Source of the DNA: Thalia democratica
Taxonomy: Eukaryota
Direction: 5' to 3'
Length of the DNA: 64,000 nt
Assembly (NCBI GenBank): GCA_965202585.1
Contig: OZ241830.1
Location: 67,580,001-67,644,000, forward strand
How positions within the stretch are numbered: position 1 is the stretch's first letter; each line of letters opens with the position of its first letter. Position numbers and translations under genes: made by a program. Shown piece by piece: positions 51,801 to 64,000 of the stretch. The notes below the pieces were generated by a model. That model did not search any database. It worked only from the letters and a program-made list of their open reading frames with translations, and was not told the DNA's origin.

Positions 51801-54800
51801 GGAAAAAAATTGTTGGATTAGGTGTCAATTGTTTTATATTCGTGATTAAATATACCTTATTCTAACAATATTGAAATTAGATCCAATTTTTCTTTTAGTT
51901 GGTAGTTCATTATTTTGTTCGTATTGTTGTAAAGTTAATTAAAAGTTTGTTTAAAAAATGTTCTCTCTGGTTTCTCTAAAACTAAAAGCGTTTGTTTGTG
52001 AGTTTAAAACGTTGTTACATGTCTATTTTGTTGTTTCGTAACTTAATTCTACTTCTAGCCCACTACAGTCAATTATTATCAATCATCATCTTGTTGTGCT
52101 GGTTTGTATGATTATTTCAACTCTTTGTCTCAAACAATACTTATTTAATCTTCAAGTAATGATTACAGTTAAAATATACTTCCTATTTAAAAGCTTTTTG
52201 AGTTATTAAGTTAGTTTCATGATCTATATCAATTTTATTTAGGTATGCAAGCGTTACACGTGACTTTTTTAAACTGAGTGCATCTTAAACTAAAAATAGC
52301 TATTTTTTAAAAGCTTGAATATTATTATTATATTGTAAATATTCAATCCAGAAGCTATTTTAGTTTTGAGGTCTTATTTTGTTACCTTTGAAAGTAATTT
52401 TTGTAGTGCCATTTAGGAATTAGATACACATTCAGTTTCTAATAATAATAATCATATATATCATAATAATAAGCTCTAATCAAAATAACTATCAACTTTT
52501 AATATTTGATCTATAATTATCATCTTGTTCCGCTGTTTTATATGATTATTTCTAATGTTATGTTTTAAACTATTTACATTTAACTTTAAATGTTTAAGAT
52601 TAAGCTGTTCATTTCAAGGTAACCTGCCAACTAGGTACGCACTATGACCAACCAGCAGTGCTTACCTAGGTCTTTAATTTCGGTCTTTAACTACCTACAT
52701 TCAACCTAACACAAACATGTTTATTATGTTTGTACATTTAATAATATTTAAACAGTACTCTTTATTTATTAAACTAATACTTGTTTCTGTGAAATGTTAA
52801 AAGAAAATAAAGAAGTAGTACTGGTTGAATTTATTTTTATTATATTTTCCAGTGAACTTGTTTCGATAGGATCTTTATTAGCAAACGATTAACTTTAAAT
52901 TTTAAATAGTTTATACATTTAGAAATATTTTCTTGTTTCTATCAAGTAGTAATTGCAACTCAAATAAACATTTCGATAAACCTAAAAACTGTTGATATTT
53001 TTAAATAGTGAAGACTTTTTGTCTATGTAAAATGAATGGTAAAATTTGTCTCTTAACTGTAGAAATGCCTTACTTCTGCCTTACATTCTTTATTATCTTT
53101 TTTTTCATATACTAGTTTAAATATAGGTCAACTTAATTCTTGTCATCAAAATTGTATTTTGAATTAAACTATGTCAAATTCTTTGGGAATTTTAATGTAT
53201 TTAAATTCGGCCTTATAAAACCTGTTTAACTAATTTTATATTTATCTCTACAGTTAGGACACTTCACTAAATTTCTCTGCTATACTCCTGCATGTAGATG
53301 TATACCGTAACTAACTCTTAACTAAAATAATTTATTGCTTTAAACAACAAGTCGTCTTTACATTAATACAACCTAACTATGTATCGACAAATAATATTTT
53401 TCATCTCGGTCTTTAAATGTAGATCATCAGTTTAGTTGTAGGTATAAAAATAAAACTTATTGGTTCACATTTTGTTATTAGTATTTTGATTTGGTGCAGC
53501 ATTATTTATCTGTATTTGATATAGCTGTATTTTATTACATTCCCTTAATATTTTTAAAATGAACTAATCTTCGAACTACAGTAAATTATTATTAATTTCT
53601 TATTAATTATCATCTTGTTGTGTTGGTTAGTATGATTGTTTAAATCTTATGTCTAAAGTACATTTTAGATAATGTTTCATGTTCTTTTGCTTTAGATTGC
53701 TCTATACTGTATAGAAGGGGTCGACAAACTGCGGCCCTCAAAACCAAAATTTTTTTTATACAGTATATTTCTTAGCTTTTCGTAAGTAGCGTACAAGATA
53801 TTAAAGTTAAAGCTTTTTGATTTTTTGTCAAATTCAAATACTATTTCAATAGCAATAATTAACCAGTAATTGTTTAATTGCACAATATTATTGTCCACCT
53901 TTATTCAGTTAAACTTGTCTCTATAATTCTTTATATTTATAATTTTTTTTTATTTATTGATTTAATTGTACTTAAAAAAAAATTAGTTTAAAAGTGATTC
54001 CTGTACTATGTTTTACCCATGATTTTTTTTACCTTAACAAACTAAAGTTAGATCCAGTAATATGTTTTTAGTTAACACTTCGTTGTTGTTCTGTAAAATA
54101 ATTCTAAAGTTTATTTAAAAACTACTCTACGGGTTCTCTTTAGTTAATGATGTTTATTTATAAGTCTAGCTTATTATCGTACTTTTTTATTTCGTTGTTT
54201 AGTTCTGCTTCTTGCCCAAGATTAAGTAAAGACTGAAAATAATTTATATACTTTTATTTAAAATGTTTTTTATATGTCTTGGAAATCTTATATGGTTGTT
54301 AAAGGTAGGATAAATATTGATTTATAAATGAATAAAACTCTTTGAATAAATTATACATTTCACTTTTAATGACATCAAAATTTGTAATTTTCGTTAACAT
54401 ATTATTTATTATAGCCGTAAAACTTGTTAAACTTTTGTTTAACCTGAACTAAAAGCATTTGTTTTTGAGATTTAATGCTGTTTCTTATTTAATTCTCTGA
54501 CTATTGATAAGCATTCTTGTTTTACCAATTAACTAAATGTTCTTTATTTCTCGTTCTAAAATGAAGTTCTGGGCTAAGTTTAAACATTGTATCAACTAAT
54601 GATTTGTTTTACCTTCCTCTCAACAAAGTTAAAATTTGATTCATTCTTATAGTTTAGATAAGATTACTTTGTTTTCTTCTTATAGCTGTGAAATTGTTTA
54701 GAAAAATGTTTCTCTTGAAGTATAGGTTTGGTTCGTTGTTATAGTTTTAGTTTGTTGTTACGTAATTTAATTATACTGTTAGAAAAGTTAAGTAAAGACT

Positions 54801-57800
54801 AATGGTTTATTGTATCTAAACAACACTGAAATTTGATTCGTTTTTATATTTTGGGTTGTAGTTTCATTGTTTTGTTCTTATTACTGTGAAATTTTTTTGC
54901 ATTGCAAACAGCGTGTTATACTATTAAATAAGGTTGTTGGATGGTTTCTTTTTAAATAAGAATAACAGTTTAAAGCTGCACAACTTTTTGCTAATTTTCT
55001 GATGTATCTAACTTATGTCTCAAAGTCGTACTATTTTTTTGTATACACATATTTTTTGTTGAGAAACAGAATATTTTTTTTTATCTTAACCACAAAATCG
55101 CAAAATATAACTAGTTTGAATTTTAGTTAATCATTTAATAACCTAAAGCTTTACAAAATTTAATTGGTGTTGTTATATCATATTTTCTTACACCTGTATT
55201 TCTTACTTCATGTTTATAAGTATAGTTATAGGGTTTTTAACTGAGTTTTAACTTAGATCTTAAAACTTGTTTAGTTATTTAAACACTTATTGTAATTTTC
55301 TTTGGAGTACCTTACTGTTTATTTGTTTGATGATTTCATATTTAGTATTTATTTGTAAATGTGTCTGATATTCTTTAGTACGACGAATTATACTCCTATT
55401 ATGATATTTTGAACTTTTTTAAGCCTGTAAAAGTGTTTAAGCCTTTTTTTCAGTTATGAGGCTTTTATAATATTAACTTTACTTTCTTCATCAAACTGAA
55501 CATGTTATTTTATTATAGTTACTCATTTTTATGATACTGTTAATGGTTTACAGGTTATAGGAATCTTAACTTAATTCCTCTAATGAGTTGTCATACTTAA
55601 TTTATCAAGTTTGTTTTGCATTTTCTTAATTTTGCTTAAAAACTTAGTTTAACTTTTATATTGAAGATAAATTGAATTTCTGAAATATTAGAGTATTTTT
55701 ATTCGTTTAAATTTGTTTTCTTAACTGAGGTACTTTTCTAAATTTGCAGTTATCTTATAAGTACTGAAACATAGTTTGTTAAACCTTATTTTTAATTAAT
55801 GTGTATATGTCACGCCAAACTCCTGTAAGTAGAATATTAGAATAACCGTCGTTTTTAAAAAACATAACCTTATTGTATTGCTATTTTAAAATCTTAAACT
55901 TCAGCAAAGTTTAATAATGAAAAGTAGAGTTAATATTTTTTTTTTCTTAACATTTTGATTTGTTCTTCTTAATAAATTGTTAAAATCTCTCGGTGTTCAG
56001 ATTTCAATCCAGACTATAAAACTTAAAACATTAAAAAAAACGTAAGTGCACTAAATAACAAAATTGTAAGACATCAACAGTGATGTACAGAAAATGTAGT
56101 ACAAAAGTTTTCAATTTGTAATAAGAATTTTGTTTGGTTTCGGCATAAGCCCATCAAATCACCTATTTTGTTAACTTTTTATCTGTTCAACTACAGTTAA
56201 GTTGTAGTTTAAATATAGTTTGAAGCTTTCTCTACCTTTTTTAGACTTTTTTCTGATTAAGTACTATGCATTTTTCAGCTTTAATTTTGTTTTTTACGTA
56301 CTTTTCAAAGTTTTGTAGTCTGGCTTACTTTTATATGTTGTTAATTTTGTTCAGATTAATTTTTTGTATCCTTAAAGTTAGGAAAAATAGCTTAAATCAC
56401 ATCATGTCACGCCAAGCAAACTCCTTGGCTTAAAATATAATTATATATAGTTTTTGATTCTAACTGTTTCTTTATTGGTAAAAATATTATTTCAAAGTTT
56501 AGTTTTATTTTTACTCGAGTTTCTAGAAGCTAACGCCGTTTTTAACAGTGAAATCCCTTACTTTATTGCTGATTTAAAAACTAAAACTCTCTTGTTCAAA
56601 AGTGAATGGTAGAGTTGCTATTTTTTTATGATATTTTAATTAACTGTTCAGATATTTGTCTATAATGTAAAATTACTAAACAAAATATTTGAAATAAGTT
56701 ACGTTTGTTCAAAAAAAAACACTAAAAACCCAAGTTGTATAACAACAACAGTAATATACAGAAAAAGTAATACCAAAGTTTATTCCCATGTACTTTTAAG
56801 TTTTTCTAATTTGTAATAAGAATTATGTTTGGTGTCGCCATAAGCCTATAAACTCCTTTTGTTTATGTAGTTTTCTTATTTAAGTTTACCTTAAAACATA
56901 GTTAGCTTTCTTTGCCTGCTTTTTTGGTTGATTTTTCTATTTTCACCACTAATTTCCTTTTCTTACTTGCGTGAACGTACTTTTGATAGTTTTGTTTTCT
57001 GGGTTGCTTTATTGTGTTGCCATACTATGTTGATTTTGTTTCACACAATAAATTTGTTGGTCATGTATTTTTATTTTGATACATAAATGACATATTTATT
57101 TCTTAAAACAATAATTTTTATTTGTGCAGTTACAAGTTTTGTTCTTACCTTTGTTTTATTTTTGTTTGCATTCAACATTATTTTTATATCTTTCTCAGGT
57201 TCTATTGTATGTTTTTGAAAACTTTATTTCTTGTATTAACCATATCTCATTTGTTGTCGAATATACGTTGTAAATTAAGCTTGAGTTATTTTTTTGTACA
57301 TCTTAAAGCCATTTTATAATCTTTTTTGTACTTTTTGATTTTAGATACTCTTAAGCTTTAATTTGACAACTTCTGAGATTTTTATGTTTTCAATCTCGTT
57401 AAATATTGAAATCATATCTGTGATAAATCAGTAATTAGTTTGTTGTGCTTTCTAAAGATTTTTGTTCTTAAATTAATTTAAACTATAAGTTTTTAAAACA
57501 CTTAATTACTGCCATCATATAATGAGCAAGTATTTAAAATACAAAGTTTCATATTCAAACTGTGGTTTCTAGTATTATAAACTGGATATTTATTACAAAT
57601 TATGTATATTTGTAGTAAATAATCCTGATATTATACTCCAAATCAAGTTCAACAATACTATGGAACTAATTCAGAGTGACATTGTTGTTTTACGTTGTTG
57701 CTAAAGGTTTCTTGAATTAATCTTATTTGTACGTTGTATCGTCGCCTGTTAGAATTCCATGTCTAAAACAATTTTTATTTTGTGTAATTTGCATTAGTTT

Positions 57801-60800
57801 TTTGCCTAAAATATAACAAGTTTAAATACACTATTTTAGGGTTTTTGTAGCCGTTTAGATTTCACTTTACTTTGCTTTTGCTAAAAAGTTTAATTGAATT
57901 ACTATAATCAGCTGAGTAACTTTTTTTTTGTATATATGCTAACTGTCACTTTTTTACATCTTTCAAAAATACGTAGAATATTTAATAATTCTTTGATTAC
58001 TGATTGAGGTTTATATTCAACACGCTCGATATAGTTTTTACAATGTGTTGTGGATATTAGTAACAATTGCCAATGGACCATAACTTTTTATCTTAACTAA
58101 TGTTTAAAAACTTGGTCTTAGTTTTATTTTCACTGCTTATAAAATGATTATTTTATCATTAAAATTAATCTTAGATCTTTATTTGAATTCATTTTATGTA
58201 CCACGTTCTTATGCAATTTTTTTAACAAATCCAAAAAAGAGAATTTCTTGTAAACTGTGTCCAGTATACAAAATTAGGAAAATATAGAATACTAAGTAGA
58301 GTGACGTAATAATTAGAAATGACATCATGATTGATAGTATACTAGTTTTAATAGTATCTAGCTTGTATTAATACTAAAAAAACTTATAAGTTTTCCAACA
58401 TTTGGAGAAATACTTGACATATGTATAGCCTGACAACTGTGCTACATTTTACTAAATACGACAGTTAATAAAAACCTCATTTAGATAAAACAAGTACTGT
58501 TAAGTAAGGTTGCCATATTTTTAAAAATTGATTTTGTACTAATTTCGAATACGTTTGGTTTTAGATGATTGAATTCTGGCAACTACGCTTTAAAGCTTCA
58601 ACTTGAAAGTTTTGGTTTGTTGCCTATGTTGCCTAAAAATAATAGTCGAGTTGAATATCTATTTATTTTTGTCAAGATAGTTAAAAGTTACTTTTTTTGT
58701 TGAAACCTTTTTTCGTTTAAACCTTTAGCAAAATTATACTTATTTCCGATAGGGAGAGCTAGTTCTTACGAATTTTAGAACATTGTGAAACAATGTGAAC
58801 AGTCTAACAGCCATTCAGTTTTTAATAACTGCAATTGTACTACACCTGATGAGTTTGTAATTCAACAGCTTCTGTTTTTATTGATTATGTTAACCTAATA
58901 TACTCCTATTAGTTTTATAAGGTTAAGAGTCACTTATAAGTTTTAAACGATAGTTTTTATGAGTAACTAACTAGTACATTTTATATTCAAGCTAACTATA
59001 ACTTTAGCTGTTAAACTATGAATTATAGTTAAAAATATTATTATATCAATAGCTGACTTATACTAACAGTTTTTAAATGATTAAAATATACTTTAAGAGG
59101 CTGACCCTGTTTTCCATTTGTTTTAATTCTTATTTTAAATCAGTATTTAGTTTATATTTGTTCATAATTAAAGTTTTCAATATTATAAGTGTTCAAGTCC
59201 GCACACCGGCACGATTTTTGGTAGAGATTAACTGTTTTTTTAAATTGATATTCTGTGAGCTATTATAAAAATAAGATAATAAACAATAAAACAACTTTGT
59301 TACTATGATAAAGATCATGTAAAGATTGAAATATTGTAAACAATATTGTAGTTTAACAAATGTTATCAAATTCAACTCGTGATCTCGGAGTATATTCAGT
59401 ATATTGATTTGCTTTTTTCTTTTGGGCTTATGTATCAACTGAGCTTGATGTACTCCAGGCTACTTAGGTCTCTAGCTTTATTTGAAACCACCTCTGAAAG
59501 AGATTCGGCAGTTTCGACAGGAGCCAGACTCGCAATAGCTTCGGGCCCATCTTTATCTTTAGTTGCTACCTCTGTCTGCGACCGAGTGCGAGAGGGTTTA
59601 AGAGCTAATAGCCTCTTCATTTTACTTATAAGATTAGTTTAAATATAGACTAACAAGTATCTATATGCTTTATTATACAACAAAATAAAAGGCACATTAA
59701 GAAGTGTTTACTACTTTCTAAGGCTTCTTGCAGTTCGCGATTCTAGTTGTGCTGTAACAAATGGTTGCTCGTACAGTTTACTGGTTCAGAACGTAGGGAC
59801 TTATACTTCCTCGTTGACACCGGCTGAAGAGCGCGCGAGATGAAAAGATACAATATTGAAATTAAGAAGAGAAAGATAGATGCAATAAGTTTATGCCACC
59901 GAATGTGTGGGCTTATACGTAGAGTTCAATGTTCAAATTGACCCAAACTGGAATTTGTTGCTGGAGGACAGTTTGTCTGCTACAGTATGAGTAAACTTAT
60001 GAGTATGGCACGTTAACAACTCAAATCGACGTTGCTAAAGTAGGAATACAAAATGTGTATAGAACAAGGTATAAAAACTACGAAGTTATGAAGTAAAGTA
60101 CAAAGTAAATGTTTTAAAAAATAAAATACTTGAATAAGAAGGTTTTGGCGGAGATCATCTAGATTTTCCAAGATGGCAGCTTATGCTCAAAGCGTCAAGA
60201 GAGGTTTTGACGAGGATCAGCTAGATTTCCAAAATGGCGGCTTACGCTCAAAGCGCTAAGTGACGTGAAGCTGCTTTCTTCTTGACATGAAGTCGGTAAA
60301 ACTTGCTATTTCATTCGCTCGGCTGCTTATGTACACCTCGATTAAATAACTGATTCCTCATGATCAAGTTCCACATGATAAATATACTAATCATTATGAA
60401 TATAAAGTTTAATTTACCTCAAGTTAAACAATTTACGAAATACCCCATAATCAAGTATCACAAAATATACTTGAAATTTAAATTAAATTACAAACGAGAT
60501 TCATTCAAATTGCACCAGGCATTATTTTTTTGATAACAGTATACTAATCATTATGAATATAATGTTTAATTTAGACCTTAAGTTAAACGAATTACGAGAA
60601 GCTCAACAATCAAGTATCACAAAGTATAACTAAAATTCAAATTAAATTACAAACGAGATTCATTCAAATTGCTATGAGCACATTTTTATAATAACGTAAA
60701 TCACGTGAAAGTATTGTGTTAGACAAACAATAGTTTTTTTGTAAGTATATTTGAAATGAAAAGTACAATAACCATTTATAATATAGTTATTTTTAAATTA

Positions 60801-63800
60801 ACTTACTTTAAATTAAAGTTTTTTGTTAACGTATTATTGAAGATTTATGTTTGAATAAGATTTATTATTTAAGCGCTGACGAGGTTTTTGACCAAAACAT
60901 AGTTTGCATGATATAATCTTGAAAGAACAAATACATTATTTCTCTTCTAGTAGTTAAGATCTCTTTATTTGTTTTATAAAAATCGAAGCATATAATATTA
61001 TATTAACATTATATACTAGCGTTGAGGATCAATTTAAAATTGATGTGTAATTCAGCAATTATTAAGCTGTTCTGTGAGCGGGAGGTTGTGAGATAGAGTC
61101 CACTATTCACAGTTTGACCCTTCGTGCAATTTAGACCCGTTCCCAAAATAACTACGTACAACTTGGCTTAAATGTAACTAAAAACATTGAAAATAGAAAT
61201 CAATAGTGTTATTGGTAAATCTTCAGACACTTTCTCTCGTTTAACTGCACTAGTTTAAAACATACCAGTTAGCTATAAATCTTTTGCACAGCAGTTTTGT
61301 TAAAATGTTCGAAATTCATATAAAACGAACTTAAACTGTCAAAGTAATGGTTTATAAGGTCGATCAAAACATTAAAATCAAATTTGATATTTTTTAGGTA
61401 ATAAAATTTTTTAGAGACATATAAAACACTCGTAAAACTTTTGTAAAACATATATTTATTACTTTGAAAATAATTTTAAGCACACGTTTATTATTATATT
61501 TTTTTGATAAAAATTTACTAACCATTATAAATATAAAGTTTAATTTACCTCAAGTTAAACAATTTACAAGATACCCCATTATCAAGTATCACAAATAAAC
61601 TTGAAATTTAAATTAAATTACAAACGAGATTCATTAAAATTACTTTAAGCAAATTTTTTTTAATAAAAATATACTAATAAAAATATACTAATAATTACAA
61701 ATATAAAGTTTTATTTAGACCTCAAGTTAATTCAATTACGAGAAGCTGAAACAATCAAGCATCACAAAAAAAACTTGAAGTTTAAATTAGATTACAAACG
61801 AGATTCATTCAAATTGTTTTAAGCACAATTTCTTGATAGAAATATACTAATCATTATAAGTATAAAGTTCAATTTAGATCTCAAGTTAAACGAATTACGA
61901 GAAGCTCGACAATCAAGCATCACAAAAAAAAACTTGAAATTTCAATTAAATTACAAACAAGATTGATTCAAATTGCTTTGAACACATTTTTATAATAACG
62001 TAAAAGTGTTGTGTTAGACAAACAATTGTTTTTTTGTAAGTATATTTGAAATGAAAAGTACAATAACCATTTATAATATAGTTATTTTTAAATTAATTTA
62101 CTCTAAATAAAGTTTTTTTTTAACGTATGATTGAATTATTATGTTTGAATAAGATTTATTATTTAAGCGCTGACGAGGTTTTTGACCGAAACATAGTTTG
62201 CATAATATAATCTTGAAAGAACAAATACATTATTTCTCTTCTAATAATTAAGATCTCTTTATTTGTTTTGTAAAAATTGAAGCATGTAATGTTATATTAA
62301 CATTATATACTAGCGTTGAGGATCGATTTAAAATCGATGTGTAATTCAGCAATTATTAAGCTGTTCTGTAAGCGGGAGGTTGTGAGATCGAGTCCACTAG
62401 TCACAGTTTGACCCTTCGTGCAATTTAGACCCGTTTCCAAAATAACTACGTACAACTTGGCTCAAATGTAGCTAAAAACATTGTAAACAGAAATCAATAG
62501 TGTTATTGGTAAATCTTCAGGCACTTTCTCTCGTTTAACTGCACTAGTTTAAAACATACCAGTTGGCTATAAATCTTTTGCACTAACTTAGTTTTGTTAA
62601 AATGTTCGAAATAGAGATGAAACGAATTTAAACTGTCGAAGTAATGGTTTTTAAGGTGGATGAAAACATTAAAATTAAATGTTTTGTTAAGTAAAAAGTT
62701 TTTTTAGAGACATATCAAACTTTCGTAAAATTTTTGTAAAACATATGTTTAAAACTTTAAAAATAATTTTGAGCACACGTTTTAATGTAATCATTTCGGT
62801 CTAAAATTTTAACTGTTTAAAGTAGTTATTAAAAGGTTTATTACAGTATATAAGGGTTTAATTATAAGTTTTCAATAATACTATATAGTAGAATAGTTTT
62901 CGAAAAAGTTTCATCTATAATGTATCTCATTAAAGTTGTCTGGAATAATATTAACTGTAATTTTAACGACAAGATGTGTTTAACTGTCAACTTACAACTA
63001 AGAAAAAATCTCGAGAATAAATTAATAACCTATTACAAACCGTCTATTTTATAAGCTAAAACTCGTTACTCAAACATTTTATTGCTAAAAGCTACCAAAT
63101 TAAGTTTTAATTTGACCAATCAACTAACTAAAGTATTTGGTTATAGAATACAGACAAATAAGTGTTACGTTTAAGTACCTCTCTATGTCATAAGTGTAAT
63201 ATTTTAGTTTAATACCAATAGCTAATTCTACAAATTATTTCACAAGTGCAAATATCTAAAGTTTTAGAGATACAAAATATTTATTAGTTACGATTTAATT
63301 TTTGTACTTATTTAAAAAAAGTTTATTAGTTACTACTCTTGTATAGCAGAAAAAATGTACTTTGCACAAATAATTTAGTTTTACAAACTTTTAGCTTAAT
63401 TTTTTTTTTCTCTTCTTAAAATTATTTAAAAACGTTTTGAAATTAGTTTTAAGTTTAACATTTAAAAAAAATAATTTTAAGCTAATAAACTATGGATCCG
63501 CTTGCGATTTGGAACTTTTTTTTTTAACCGATAACCTTTAGTTATCTCTTTGCTGCATTTTTAATTTTTATCAAACTCACATCTAACTAGTTTTTTGGTA
63601 AGCACTAAATACATCAGAAGATTTCTTTTATTTATTTTTCAGCTATAAAATACTAAGCCAATAATAAAAAGCTTTGTTTTTAATCAAATGTTTATATTGT
63701 TAATAACTTTTCAGATCAACACATATTTTTTATATGCTCATCCATGTTAATACCATGGAAAACCGTTCACAAAACACTAAACTGTCTTCCGTATTTTTAT

Positions 63801-64000
63801 TTAGAAATATACTGTTTTCTTTCAAAGTCAAAATGAAAATTGTAATTTTAAAATTGATTTATCTGAAGATTAAAATAGTCTTTTAGTTTTACAGAAAAAA
63901 GGAAATTATCTGAAAACGTTTTGTAACTAAACTGCTGCCAATAATAATTAGTAGTATATTTACTATTTGCATATTTAAAAAATGACAGTTAGAAAAACAT

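Larger units (their letters stand above)
33581..64000 (+). repeat. Tandem segmental duplication, copy B (equals 1..30421, runs off the window end)
   Basis: Collinear and near-identical to copy A. The offset is 33580 up to about 9630, then 33579, with a brief +1/-1 pair at about 11231 and 11281. Confidence 0.98.

Overview
AT-rich animal-type eukaryotic genomic DNA with spliceosomal GT-AG introns; the taxon cannot be fixed from the sequence. The window is almost two copies of a 33,580-bp direct tandem unit (1..33580 and 33581..64000, the second corresponding to 1..30421). By eye I found only 14 substitutions and 3 single-base homopolymer indels between them. Each unit carries: a BACK-Kelch gene (+, probably 2 exons, no recognisable BTB domain, with a shared frameshift in the last blade); the last nine exons of a GTF3C3/TFIIIC102 gene (-), whose 5' half I cannot find; two MITE families; a decayed BACK-domain relic; a 79-bp minisatellite; a GC-rich long hairpin; decayed retroelement fragments; and a higher-order repeat resembling Penelope-like element 3' ends with a minimal type I hammerhead ribozyme. 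A third, older and doubly truncated Kelch copy lies at 30.9-31.9 kb, in the part seen only once in the window. The most interesting items are the hammerhead-bearing repeat, the GCGAAGC-tipped hairpin, the truncated TFIIIC gene inside a near-identical duplication, and sharp GC mosaicism within exons. I found no transposase, Cas-like gene or CRISPR array. All homologies are from memory and by eye; no searches were run.
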